64,000 bases of DNA from a bacterium (GTDB lineage: Bacteria; UBA8248). This document shows positions 19,302 through 29,002 of the stretch, piece after piece. The stretch's first letter is position 1, and each line of letters opens with the position of its first letter. The notes below the pieces were generated by a model. The model had not been told where the DNA came from. It ran no database searches and saw only the letters and a program-made list of their open reading frames with translations. The stretch spans positions 2,336,001 to 2,400,000 of the forward strand of contig OZ241326.1 in assembly GCA_965199855.1 (NCBI GenBank), in the 5' to 3' direction. A program made the position numbers and the translations under genes.

Positions 19302-19640
19302 TTACGAAGCCGCCGCGAGGGCCGCCTCGCGCGTGTCGTGGCAATCGATGATGGTGTCGAAGCCGCCGGCTTCTACCACGGATTTGCAATCGGGCCGCAG
19401 CGCGCAGATCATCAGCCGGCCGCCGCTCTGCTGGCATTTTCTCGCGCTCGTGAGAAACGCGCGCAGCCCCGCGCTGCTGACGTATTCCATCCCGCCGCAA
19501 TCGAGCAGGACGCGGACGTCGCCGCGCTCGACGGCCTCCGAAATCCGCTTCTCCAGATCAGGCGCGGTGAGGCCGTCAACGCGCCCCTCAATCGAGACGA
19601 CGAGGGCGGAACCCGCCTTTTCTTCCCCGATATTCATCAT
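19302..19640 (-). CDS. STAS domain anti-sigma factor antagonist
   Basis: GRVDG, YVSSAGLR. Confidence 0.9.
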   Translation of the reverse strand: MMNIGEEKAGSALVVSIEGRVDGLTAPDLEKRISEAVERGDVRVLLDCGGMEYVSSAGLRAFLTSARKCQQSGGRLMICALRPDCKSVVEAGGFDTIIDCHDTREAALAAAS

Positions 19641-19781
19641 GTCTCCATGCTCTCCTGAATGGCTGGGGGAGTTGAACCTCCGCTATAAAGGTAATCCAAC
19701 GCCCGGCGGTTTGCAACTTGCCCTTTCGCGCGCGGGGGCGTCCCGCGGGCCATCCGCGCCGCAAGCCCGAGGTTCCCCCCC

Positions 19782-20240
19782 TCACGCGCCCCCGCCCCCC
19801 TTTCTGCGCACCAGATGGACGGCGCGCATCGAGAGCACCACATCGCCCTCCTGGTTGAACGTCCTGAACTCCATGAGGACGATCCCCCGGCGCGGCTCCG
19901 AGCGGGACGCCCGCGCCTCGACGACCTCCGCCTCGACGCGCAGGGCGTCTCCGGGGCGAACGGGCTTCAGCCAGCGAATGGAGTCCATGCCGGGCGAGCC
20001 CATCCCCGTGGTTCCGATGACGCCCGTGTCGATGAACAGGCGAAACGAGGCGACCACCGTGTGAAATCCGCTGGCGATGACGCCCCCGTAGGGAGACTCG
20101 GCCGCCGCCTTCTCGTCAACGTGGAAGGGCTGCGGGTCGTAGAGCCTGGCGAACTCCACGATCTCCTCCAGCGAGAGCGTCTTCTCCTTCGTCCGGAACC
20201 GCTCGCCGACCTGAAAATCCTCGAAGAATTTCTCTCTCAT
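19782..20240 (-). CDS. MaoC family dehydratase
   Basis: FFEDF, YDPQPFHVD, IASGFHT, PVRPGD. Confidence 0.9.
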   Translation of the reverse strand: MREKFFEDFQVGERFRTKEKTLSLEEIVEFARLYDPQPFHVDEKAAAESPYGGVIASGFHTVVASFRLFIDTGVIGTTGMGSPGMDSIRWLKPVRPGDALRVEAEVVEARASRSEPRRGIVLMEFRTFNQEGDVVLSMRAVHLVRRKGGGGA

Positions 20241-20306
20241 CGAAAGCAGCCGCCAAACCGGGCGTCATCCCGGGCTTCGGGGAGATGGGCGATTCCCCTC
20301 CGGGGT

Positions 20307-21416
20307 CTATAGTTCCTCGTATTCATGGACGTCCAAGGGTAGCCCGACGGGCGCCTTTCGATGCGCGGAGACGTCCATCGCCATCGTGAGCAGCAGGTTG
20401 CGGTGTCCGTCCCGCGCGGTGGCGTGCGGCGTTTCCAGCCCCGTGTGGACGCGACCGAACCAGGCGTTCGTCTCCTCGCGCATCGGCCCCCAGAGCTGAT
20501 CGAAAACGACGTCTCCGGGCGGATAGCTCGCCAGAAAGTCCACGTTCCGCTTCGCCTCGGGCGTGTAGCCCGCAGGCTGGGGGTTTTCGCTGGCGAGAAC
20601 CAGATCCCTGTGCGTGTCGTCGATGGTGAGGACGCCCTCGGTGCCGACGATGCCGATCTCCAGGCTGTAGACGGAGCCGGGCCAGACCGTCGGCAGCGCC
20701 CAGGAGATGCTCATGCTCCAGATGGTTCCATCCTCGAAGGTGAAGATGCCCAGGGTGGCGTCCTTCGTGCCGTAGGTCGCGCCGAGCGCCTTGTCCATCG
20801 AGCGCGCATAGACTTCCACGGGCGTCTTCCCCTCCATGAGCCACATGCAGATGTCGAGGCTGTGCGTTCCCGAGACGACCATCGGCGTCAGGATGCCGCG
20901 GTATTCCGTCTTCTCCACCGTGGCGATGGGCACCAGGCGGTTCATGAAGGCTCTCGTGACGACCGTGGTGACGTCGCCCAGCTGGCCGGTGCGGATTTTC
21001 TCCTTGGCGATGAGAAACCGCCGCCTGAAGCGCTGCGTATAGCCCACCACCGCGTCCAGCCCGGCGTCCTCGATCGCCTGCAGGACCCGCGCGGAATCGG
21101 CCGCGTTCGTGGCGAGCGGCTTCTCGATGAACAGGGCGTGGCCCCCCTCCGCCGACGCCAGGACGGGGCCTACGTGCTCGTTCTCCTCCGTGGCGATGAT
21201 GGCGGCGTTCACCTCCGGCCGCGAGAGAAGCTCCCTGTAGTCCGTGGTGAAGAAGTCGGCGTTCGTCTCCCCGGCGAGCCGCCTCCCCGCCTTCTCGTCG
21301 ATGTCGCAAAGGCCCAGCCATTCGACGCCCGGATAGTCGCGGGCGAATTCGGCGCGGATTCTGCCGATCTTCCCGCAGCCCACGACGGCCAGACCAATCT
21401 CTTTCTTGTCCGCCAT
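20307..21416 (-). CDS. Gfo/Idh/MocA oxidoreductase
   Basis: GCGKIG, IEKPLA, VGYTQRF. Confidence 0.9.
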   Translation of the reverse strand: MADKKEIGLAVVGCGKIGRIRAEFARDYPGVEWLGLCDIDEKAGRRLAGETNADFFTTDYRELLSRPEVNAAIIATEENEHVGPVLASAEGGHALFIEKPLATNAADSARVLQAIEDAGLDAVVGYTQRFRRRFLIAKEKIRTGQLGDVTTVVTRAFMNRLVPIATVEKTEYRGILTPMVVSGTHSLDICMWLMEGKTPVEVYARSMDKALGATYGTKDATLGIFTFEDGTIWSMSISWALPTVWPGSVYSLEIGIVGTEGVLTIDDTHRDLVLASENPQPAGYTPEAKRNVDFLASYPPGDVVFDQLWGPMREETNAWFGRVHTGLETPHATARDGHRNLLLTMAMDVSAHRKAPVGLPLDVHEYEEL

Positions 21417-21944
21417 TCCCTTTTTCCCCTTTGCTTGCAGAATCGCCAGCCCGACGGCCCCACGCGCCCGGCCCGACGAAAAGCGCCAGATTTTTCACTG
21501 AACGCGCGCGAACCGGCGGGACGCATCATAATACGCGGGGGCGGATTCAGGAAGGCGCGGAGGATAACCGGGGACGCGCAAGGGCGTTTCGGCGAAAGGG
21601 AGACGACATGCCTCACGCGCGCCATCGCGGAGCGAGCCGGAATGACGGCGGGGGAACGACGGGAAAGACGAAAAATCTCCCGGCGCGGGCGAGGCGCGTC
21701 GCCGCCCGGGGCGACATGAAAATTTCGACAAAATCAGACAAATTCACGGCCTTATCCTGCAAATAGAGAGCTGTTTTCCACCTTTTAGAGACCCCTTTGA
21801 CGATCCTTTGACCATCCCGCCCGGCCCCCGATTCGCCCGCCTTCCCCCTTCCAGAGGCGCAACTCCCCCACGCCGGAATATAACCCGCCCCGGCCGCCCC
21901 CGCGGAAGCGCAGATGCGCGTAAATGCGGGCAGACGCGCGCGAT

Positions 21945-21960
21945 TGTTCCACGTGGAACA
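21945..21960. promoter_or_regulatory. parS-like centromere site
   Basis: Perfect palindrome TGTTCCACGTGGAACA, close to the parS consensus TGTTNCACGTGAAACA; intergenic. Confidence 0.8.
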
Positions 21961-22101
21961 ATTTGACGGGGAAATTCCGGGGGGAAATCTCTTTTTCCGG
22001 GCGCGCTCCGCCCCGCCGGAGAGGATTCGGCCCCCGATATTCAGGGGAAATCTCCCGTTTTCGCGGCGCCGGCGCGCGAAATCGCCAAATTTCGATGGAA
22101 A

Positions 22102-22464
22102 CTAGTCTTTCACCTCGACGCGAATGGCCTCGAGGGGTTTGTCGCCGTGATTCTCGACGGCGTGCAGACCCTCCCTTTCCAGCCAGAACGGGACGCCCTC
22201 CTCGCGGCGCTCGCCGAGAGGGCAGACCTCGCCCTTTTCGTTGTAGTAGGTGATCTCCGGCATACTCGTGATGGTGAACACGCTCTCCCATTTGTGCGCG
22301 TGCCGCTTTTCGAGCTCGCCGGGCCGAATCGTCACTCTCAGGACGCGAACCCGCTCGTTCTCGAAGACGACCTCATGGTTCTCGGGCGCGGCGACGACGG
22401 CGTCCAGCTCCTCGGGCGTTCCCGGAACATACTCCGGCCGCCCCGGCGAAATGCTCTGGCTCAA
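22102..22464 (-). CDS. Cupin-fold protein
   Basis: APENHEVVFENERVRVL, HAH, HAVEN; TTG start overlaps upstream stop. Confidence 0.8.
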   Translation of the reverse strand: MSQSISPGRPEYVPGTPEELDAVVAAPENHEVVFENERVRVLRVTIRPGELEKRHAHKWESVFTITSMPEITYYNEKGEVCPLGERREEGVPFWLEREGLHAVENHGDKPLEAIRVEVKD

Positions 22465-23435
22465 TTTCTTCCCTCCCCGGAAAGCGCGGGCGACGGCGGC
22501 TGGGCGAACAGCGATTTCGGCAGCATGGCGTGGACTCCCTTGACGCCGTTCACGATTTGCGTAACCCGCAGGTCCACGGCGAGGCTGCAAAGCGTATAGG
22601 CGTCGTCCCTGCCCATGCCCCGCCATTCTCCGAGAAAGCGTATCGTCTCCCGAAGCGCCATCTTCGCCGCGTTGTCGAGAATGGGGTCGAACCCCATGAG
22701 AATATGATGCGTCGCGGTTTCCGCCCTGGGGGTATCGAGGCGCAAGTTCTTCCGCAGAACGATCTCGAGCTTTCCCGAAAGGCCCGTTTCGATGGCCGTC
22801 AGACAGGCCTCCCCGTCTCCCTGGCAGCCGTGCCCGTCCCCCACGGAGAACAGCGCCCCCTCGTTGAAGACCGGAAAATAGACGACGGCGCCCGACGCGA
22901 GCTCCTTGTTGTCCAGGTTTCCGCCCCAGGCGCCGGGAGGATAGCTCCCCACGCGGCCCATGGCGGGCGGGGGCGCCACGCCGAAGTTCCCGAAATAGGG
23001 ACGGAGCGGCACCTTGACGCCCGCGCCCCAGTCGCCCGTCTGCGCCTCTAGGTCAAGGTCCACGATGACGGAGCGCGCATAGGGGAAATCCTCCGGAAGC
23101 CCGCCCTGCATCGGCCGGATGGCGTTGTATCCCCAGTCGTAGCGCGTCCTCACCTCATGGACGCGAACCTCCAGGGCGTCCCCCGGCCGGGCGTCCTCCA
23201 CATAGACGGGCCCCGTCATGATGTGGGGGCCGGGCCCCTGGGGAACCCGCGCGAGAATGTCCCTCAGGTTCCGCGACGCCCTTTCTCCGAGCCGCTCCAG
23301 ATACTCCTCCCTGCCCGATTCCGTATGAACCTCCAGGACATCGCCCGAGCGCACCCGCAGCACGGGCGCGAGCGAAGCGTCGTAGTAGCCCCAATGAACG
23401 GTATCGGGCTTCGCCGTCAATTCATGGGTCGCCAT
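22461..23435 (-). CDS. Acetamidase/formamidase family protein (copy 2)
   Basis: GPHIMTGPV, GGNLDNKE, GDGHGCQGDGE. Confidence 0.9.
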   Translation of the reverse strand: MATHELTAKPDTVHWGYYDASLAPVLRVRSGDVLEVHTESGREEYLERLGERASRNLRDILARVPQGPGPHIMTGPVYVEDARPGDALEVRVHEVRTRYDWGYNAIRPMQGGLPEDFPYARSVIVDLDLEAQTGDWGAGVKVPLRPYFGNFGVAPPPAMGRVGSYPPGAWGGNLDNKELASGAVVYFPVFNEGALFSVGDGHGCQGDGEACLTAIETGLSGKLEIVLRKNLRLDTPRAETATHHILMGFDPILDNAAKMALRETIRFLGEWRGMGRDDAYTLCSLAVDLRVTQIVNGVKGVHAMLPKSLFAQPPSPALSGEGRN

Positions 23436-23539
23436 CGAAGCGCTCCTCCAGCAGGGGCGATGGGCCGCCGCTTTCCGCATACAAGCATTGCGCGCGGACG
23501 GGCGAAAGCGAGCCCGGGCGCGCCGGACGGATGGATTCC

Positions 23540-24475
23540 CTAATCGAGAATCTCCTTCGGCAGCATGGCGTGGATTCCCTTGACGCCGTTCACGATCTGC
23601 GTGACGCGCAAGTCCACCGCCAGGCTGCACAGCCTGTAGGCGTCCTCCGGGCTCATGCCGCGAAGCTCGCCCAGGAAGCGAATCGTCTCCCGGAGCGCCA
23701 TCTTCGCCGCGTTGTCGAGAATCGGGTCGAACCCCATCAGGATATGGTGGGACGCCGTCTCCGCGCGCGGCGTCTCGATTTTCATGTCCTTGCGAACGCG
23801 CATCTCGAAGACGCCGACGAGGCCCATCTCGATTCCGTTGACGTTCGCCTCGCCGTCCCCCTGACAGCCGTGCCCGTCGCCCACGGAGAACAGGGCGCCT
23901 TCGGTGAAAACAGGCAGATAGACCGTCGCGCCCGCGGTGAACTCCTTGCAGTCCGTGTTTCCGCCCCACGCCCCGGGCGGAAGCGTGGGCACGCGCCCGA
24001 GCGCGGGAGCGGGCGCGACGCCGAAATTGCCGAAAAAAGGCGCAAGAGGAACGCGGACGCCCGCGCCCCAGTCGCCCGTCCCGCTCTCCTCGTCAATCTC
24101 CACGAGCGCGACCCGCTCGTAGGGGAAATCCTCCGGCAGGCCGCCCGCCAGGGGTTTGAATCCGTTGTAGCCCCAGTCGTAGCGGGGCTTTACGTCGTGA
24201 ATCCTCACTTCCAGCGCGTCGCCGGGCCGGGCGCCCTCCACGGCCACGGGACCCGTCATGATGTGGGGTCCCGGCCCGGGCGTCATCGTCTCCAGTATCT
24301 CCCTCAAATTCCCGGAAAGCCGCTCGGGGCGCGTCCGGAGAAAATCCTTCCGGCCCGATTCGGTCTTCACGACGAGCGTGTCGCCCGAGGCCATCGTCAG
24401 GACGGGGGGAAGGGCCGCGTCGTAAAAGCCCCAATGGCAGGTATCGACCGTCGTGTCGAGCTCCCGCGTGGCCAA
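23540..24475 (-). CDS. Acetamidase/formamidase family protein (copy 1)
   Basis: GPHIMTGPV, GGNTDCKE, GDGHGCQGDGE. Confidence 0.9.
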   Translation of the reverse strand: MATRELDTTVDTCHWGFYDAALPPVLTMASGDTLVVKTESGRKDFLRTRPERLSGNLREILETMTPGPGPHIMTGPVAVEGARPGDALEVRIHDVKPRYDWGYNGFKPLAGGLPEDFPYERVALVEIDEESGTGDWGAGVRVPLAPFFGNFGVAPAPALGRVPTLPPGAWGGNTDCKEFTAGATVYLPVFTEGALFSVGDGHGCQGDGEANVNGIEMGLVGVFEMRVRKDMKIETPRAETASHHILMGFDPILDNAAKMALRETIRFLGELRGMSPEDAYRLCSLAVDLRVTQIVNGVKGIHAMLPKEILD

Positions 24476-24649
24476 AAGCGCTTCTCCTTGCGACGAGGGG
24501 CGGCGCGCGGAACGTCCCGGAGGGAGAATCGCCCGCCGCCTCCCGAACCCGAAGCCCCGAACGCCGGGACTACGGCGATATGTTCGGAATCCGGCGCCAA
24601 CTCTACCAGCAAGGGATTTGAAGATCAAAAATCCCTCTTTCGGGCCGGC

Positions 24650-25423
24650 TCAGCCGAGGGCGGCGTCCGCGAGGGCGGGCAGAATCTCGCCCGTCTTCCC
24701 CTGAATCCGCGCGTCCGCCCTGGCGTCGAAGCGGGTGGGGCCCTCGTTGACGATGACGAGGCGCGCCCCCGCCCTTCGGGCGCGCTCGGGCAGGCCGCCC
24801 GCCGGCCGCACCTCCAGGGAAGAGCCCGCGACCAGGAAAACCTCCGCCACCCGGGACGCCGCGTCGGCGCGCGCCAGTTTTTCGGCAGAAAGCCTCTCTC
24901 CGAAGAAAACCGCGTCCGGCTTCAGCAGGCCGCCGCAGCGCCCGCATCGGGGAATCGCCTCGCCGCCCCGGACCCGCGCGTGAACCCCGGGGCGCGGCGA
25001 TTTCGCCCCGCAGCCCACGCAGACGCACAGGTGGCTCGTCCCGTGAAGCTCCACGATCTTCTCCGGGTCGTGTCCCGCCTTTTGATGAAGTCCGTCCGTA
25101 TTCTGCGTCACGAGCAGCGCGAGGCGGTCATGCCGGGACAATCGCGCAAGGGCCAGGTGCCCGGCGGAGGGGGAGGCGGTCTTGACCAGTTCGTATCCAT
25201 CCAGAGCGACCTCCCAGTAGCGCTTCTGAATGTCGCTCGAGGCCAGCCACCGGCGGATGTCGAAGTCCTTCGGGTCGAAGCGATCCCAGATGCCGCCCCT
25301 GGAGCGGAAGTCGGGAATGCCGCTTTCGGTGCTGATTCCGGCGCCCGTAAGGCACACCGTAGAGCGGGATTCCCGCACCCAGGCCGCCGCTTTTTCGATG
25401 AGTTCTTTCCGGGAACCCTTCAA
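24650..25423 (-). CDS. Sir2-family NAD-dependent deacylase (CobB-like)
   Basis: TGAGISTESGIPDFR, TQNTDGLH, ELHG, two CxxC. Confidence 0.92.
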   Translation of the reverse strand: MKGSRKELIEKAAAWVRESRSTVCLTGAGISTESGIPDFRSRGGIWDRFDPKDFDIRRWLASSDIQKRYWEVALDGYELVKTASPSAGHLALARLSRHDRLALLVTQNTDGLHQKAGHDPEKIVELHGTSHLCVCVGCGAKSPRPGVHARVRGGEAIPRCGRCGGLLKPDAVFFGERLSAEKLARADAASRVAEVFLVAGSSLEVRPAGGLPERARRAGARLVIVNEGPTRFDARADARIQGKTGEILPALADAALG

Positions 25424-25802
25424 CGGACGCCTGCCCGATATGGAAGCGGACGGGGACGGCGGCGGCGAGGCGTGAAACCCGGCCGCCGATCGATGTATGC
25501 TACGCGAGTCGCGGACGCATGAAAACCGGAAGCGGCGAACCGCGGAAGTCCTCAAAACGTCCGGCAAGAACACGCGCTTGCGCGGACGCCCGCGAAAACG
25601 AGCGCGCGGCGAACGAGGCCGGCCGCAGGCGCGCGAGCGAAAAAAGCCTCCTTCGAGAACGATTCCGGCGCCTTTCCGCCCATGATTTTTCCGAGGCTGT
25701 GGTAGAGTCGCCCATGGCGTCCCCGCGCCGGCCGGACGCCCCGGAAGCCGCGCGGGCGATTCTGATTCGCCCTCATCGTCAGGACAACGAGGAGAGAGGA
25801 AC

Positions 25803-27494
25803 ATGACCGAGCGGAAAACGGCGTTGAACAAGTTCAGCCGCCGCGTCACCCAGCCGCCCTCGCAGGCCGCCTCCCAGGCCATGCTCTACGGCGCGGGGCT
25901 GGACGAGACGGACATGGGAAACCCCCAGGTCGGCATCGCCAGCATGTGGTGGGAGGGAAACTCCTGCAACTTCCACCTCAACCGGCTCGCCGAATACATC
26001 AAGCAGAGCGTGAGCGCCGAGAAGAAAATGGTCGGTCTCATCTTCAACACCATCGGCGTGAGCGACGGCATCTCGATGGGCACGGAGGGGATGCGGTATT
26101 CCCTGCAATCGCGGGACCTCATCGCCGATTCCATCGAAACCGTCGTCGGCGCGCAATGGTATGACGCCCTCGTCACGCTCCCGGGATGCGACAAGAACAT
26201 GCCCGGCTCCATCATCGCCATGGCGCGGCTCGACCGCCCCAGCCTGATGGTCTATGGCGGCACCATCAGCCCGGGATTCCTGAACGGCGAGAAGCTGGAC
26301 GTGGTCTCCGCCTTCCAGGCCTACGGCGAATACTTCTCCGGCAAAATCGACGAGGAGCGCTTCCGGTCGGTCATCCGCAACGCCTGCCCGAGCGGAGGCG
26401 CCTGCGGAGGCATGTATACGGCGAACACGATGTCCTCCTCCATCGAGACGCTGGGCATGAGCCTGCCCTACAGCTCCTCGAATCCCGCCATGAGCGAGGA
26501 GAAGCGCAGCGAGTGCCTCGACGTGGGCAAGGCCGTCTATCATCTGCTCGAAAACGACATCAAGCCCAGCGACATCATGACGCGAGAGGCGTTCGAGAAC
26601 GCGCTCACCATCGTCATGGCGCTCGGCGGCTCGACCAACGCCGTCCTGCACTACATCGCCATCGCCAAGGCGGTCGGGGTCGAACTCACGATTGACGATT
26701 TTCAGGAAATCAGCGACCGCACGCCCTACGTCGCGGACCTCAAGCCCAGCGGCAAGTTCGTCATGGAAGACCTCCACGACGCGGGCGGCGTTCCGGGCGT
26801 CCAGAAGATTCTCCTGAAGGAGGGGCTGCTCCACGGCGACTGCCTCACCGTCACGGGCGGAACGCTCGGCGAGAACATCGAGGCCCTGCCCGACCTGCGC
26901 GCCGGGCAGAAGATCATCGTTCCGCTTTCCTCTCCCATCAAGGAGACGGGGCACCTCCAGATTCTCTACGGAAACCTCGCCGGCGAGGGCGCCGTCGCCA
27001 AGATCACGGGGAAGGAGGGAGAGCGCTTCGAGGGGCCGGCGCGCTGCTTCGACTCCGAGGAGGACGCCCTCAAGGGGCTGGAGGAGAACAGAATTCAGAA
27101 AGGAGACGTCGTCATCATCCGCTACGAGGGCCCCAGAGGCGGCCCCGGAATGCGGGAGATGCTGACAGTGACCTCCGCCATCATGGGAGCCGGCCTCGGC
27201 GGCGACCTGGCGCTCATCACGGACGGAAGATTCTCGGGCGGGACGCACGGCTTCGTCGTCGGGCACGTCACGCCCGAGGCCCAGGCGGGCGGCCTCATCG
27301 CCCTCGTCGAAGACGGAGACCCCGTTCTGATCGACGCGAGCGAGCGCGTCATGGAGCTCCGAATACCCGATGAGGAAATCGAGAGGCGCCGGGAGCGTTG
27401 GCGCGCCCCCGCGCTCAAGTTCACCAGGGGCACGCTCTACAAATACGCCAAATGCGTCTCCTCGGCGTCCGAGGGGTGCGTGACGGACGAATAG
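25803..27494 (+). CDS. ilvD: Dihydroxy-acid dehydratase
   Basis: [36 protein letters not shown]. Confidence 0.96.
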   Translation: MTERKTALNKFSRRVTQPPSQAASQAMLYGAGLDETDMGNPQVGIASMWWEGNSCNFHLNRLAEYIKQSVSAEKKMVGLIFNTIGVSDGISMGTEGMRYSLQSRDLIADSIETVVGAQWYDALVTLPGCDKNMPGSIIAMARLDRPSLMVYGGTISPGFLNGEKLDVVSAFQAYGEYFSGKIDEERFRSVIRNACPSGGACGGMYTANTMSSSIETLGMSLPYSSSNPAMSEEKRSECLDVGKAVYHLLENDIKPSDIMTREAFENALTIVMALGGSTNAVLHYIAIAKAVGVELTIDDFQEISDRTPYVADLKPSGKFVMEDLHDAGGVPGVQKILLKEGLLHGDCLTVTGGTLGENIEALPDLRAGQKIIVPLSSPIKETGHLQILYGNLAGEGAVAKITGKEGERFEGPARCFDSEEDALKGLEENRIQKGDVVIIRYEGPRGGPGMREMLTVTSAIMGAGLGGDLALITDGRFSGGTHGFVVGHVTPEAQAGGLIALVEDGDPVLIDASERVMELRIPDEEIERRRERWRAPALKFTRGTLYKYAKCVSSASEGCVTDE

Positions 27495-27516
27495 GCTCCA
27501 AGCTTTCCGCCGGGCG

Positions 27517-27972
27517 TCATTCCCTGCTTCTTCGGGCGGCGTACGCCCCGAAATACGCGCCGATGGAAGATGCCTTCCAGTCGAGGCCCGCATCTTCGGC
27601 CTTTCGCAGCAGCTCCTCGCCGCTCATGCCGCTTTCCTCGGCCAGATGAACGAGCGAGCAAATCCCGGCCCGCCCCATGCCTTTTCAGTGGACGAACACC
27701 GGGCCCTCTTTTCTCGCCTGGGCGAGCGTCTCGTGAATCTTCGAGGCCAGCCCGTCGTTCATCGCATCGACGCCCACGGGAATATGGGCGAAGTTCATGC
27801 CCAGCTCCCGCGCCGCCGCCTCCTCCGCCTCCGGCGGGAGTTCGGCTTCTCCCTCGTCGGCCAGGCGAAGGTTGACCACCGTCCTGACTCCCCGCTTCGC
27901 CAGAGACGCCAAATCCTCCCTGTCCGGCTGGCCCCCGAACGCCAGGTTCTCAGCCAGGTCGAAATAGTTCAT
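27517..27972 (-). CDS. PTP-fold/DUF442-like sulfurtransferase or phosphatase, probable selenoprotein (H-U-KGMG-R)
   Basis: GGQP, VVNLR, GPVFVH-TGA(27687-27685)-KGMGRAG matches HCx5R; frame continues to TGA at 27519-27517 (151 aa); hairpin follows. Confidence 0.8.
27652..27675 (-). promoter_or_regulatory. SECIS-like hairpin
   Basis: GGGCGGGC-CGGGATTT-GCTCGCTC (two G-U pairs), loop 17 nt after TGA. Confidence 0.55.
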
Positions 27973-28054
27973 GACGCTTTCCCTTCTCGATGATGGTCCG
28001 GGCCGCGTCGGCGGCTGGCCGGGCTGAAGGACGATTCAAGCCGAAGAAGCGACC

Positions 28055-28897
28055 TCATCCGCGCTGCGCCAGCTCCCGGCAGCGGAGCAGGCAGGTGGCC
28101 TTTTCATCCTCGCCGTCGCGCTTGTAGATTCCGATCAGGTTGTTGAGCATTCTCTCCACGATGCGCCGGGGCGGGGTTTCCTGCAAAAACCGCATGTCGA
28201 AATGATAGCCGAGTCCCCGCACGATGGCCGCGCAGTCCCCTACGCTCAGGCGCTTTCCCCGCTCGAAGGGATCCAGAAAGACGGGCTCCTCATCGGTCTG
28301 GTATTTTACGATGAAATGCCCCGGCATCCCGACCCCGTGAAACGGAAGCCCCAGCCGCGCGCCGAGAACCAGATACAGGGCGGAAAGCGATATGGGAATT
28401 CCCAGCCTGCGATTCAGCACGCGGTTGATGAAGCTGTTCCGCGCGTCGTAGTAATCCTCCCGCGCGCCGTCGAAGCGAAGCTCGCCGTGCAGATACTCCA
28501 CCACTTCGGCGACGACGGCCTCCGCCTCACGCAGACCCCGCAGACGCTCGCGCAAGTGATTCTCCATGCTCCGCAGTTCTTCCCTTTCCCTCTCCATGCT
28601 TTCGAGCGGATGGCCGAAGGCGGCCAGCAGAAAGCAGGCCTCCTCCAGACCCGCGTCCGCCGCCGAAGAGAGCGACCAATCCGCAAAGGCGGCTTCGATT
28701 TGCCCGTAATGAAAACGCAGGAGCGAGGGCGGCAGCGCCGCCTCGTTCGTCTCGCGCACTTTGAGCATCGAGAAGAGCCTGCGCCGCTCCTCGGCCGAGA
28801 AGCCGGAAACCTGGCGGTCCAAAGCCGTCGGCACGCCCGGCGATCCATCGTCGAGCAGGCGGCAGACGGCTTCGAGCTGGGAATCGCTCAACGACAA
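28055..28897 (-). CDS. SirB1-like transglutaminase-core protein
   Basis: NSFINRVLNRRLGIPISL, GVGMPGHF, LDPF, RMLNNL. Confidence 0.88.
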   Translation of the reverse strand: MSLSDSQLEAVCRLLDDGSPGVPTALDRQVSGFSAEERRRLFSMLKVRETNEAALPPSLLRFHYGQIEAAFADWSLSSAADAGLEEACFLLAAFGHPLESMEREREELRSMENHLRERLRGLREAEAVVAEVVEYLHGELRFDGAREDYYDARNSFINRVLNRRLGIPISLSALYLVLGARLGLPFHGVGMPGHFIVKYQTDEEPVFLDPFERGKRLSVGDCAAIVRGLGYHFDMRFLQETPPRRIVERMLNNLIGIYKRDGEDEKATCLLRCRELAQRG

Positions 28898-29002
28898 GTC
28901 GCCGTCCTCCTTTCGGGTGAGCCGCCCGTTCACGTCCCGGCTCCCCGAATATGGTATGATCATCCGCGCATCTTCACAATCGACGCCCATCGGGAGAAGC
29001 GT

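Noticed and set aside
21750-21790. DnaA boxes/oriC (TTATCCTGC, TTTTCCACC)
   Set aside because: Only degenerate matches, with no clear cluster or unwinding element.
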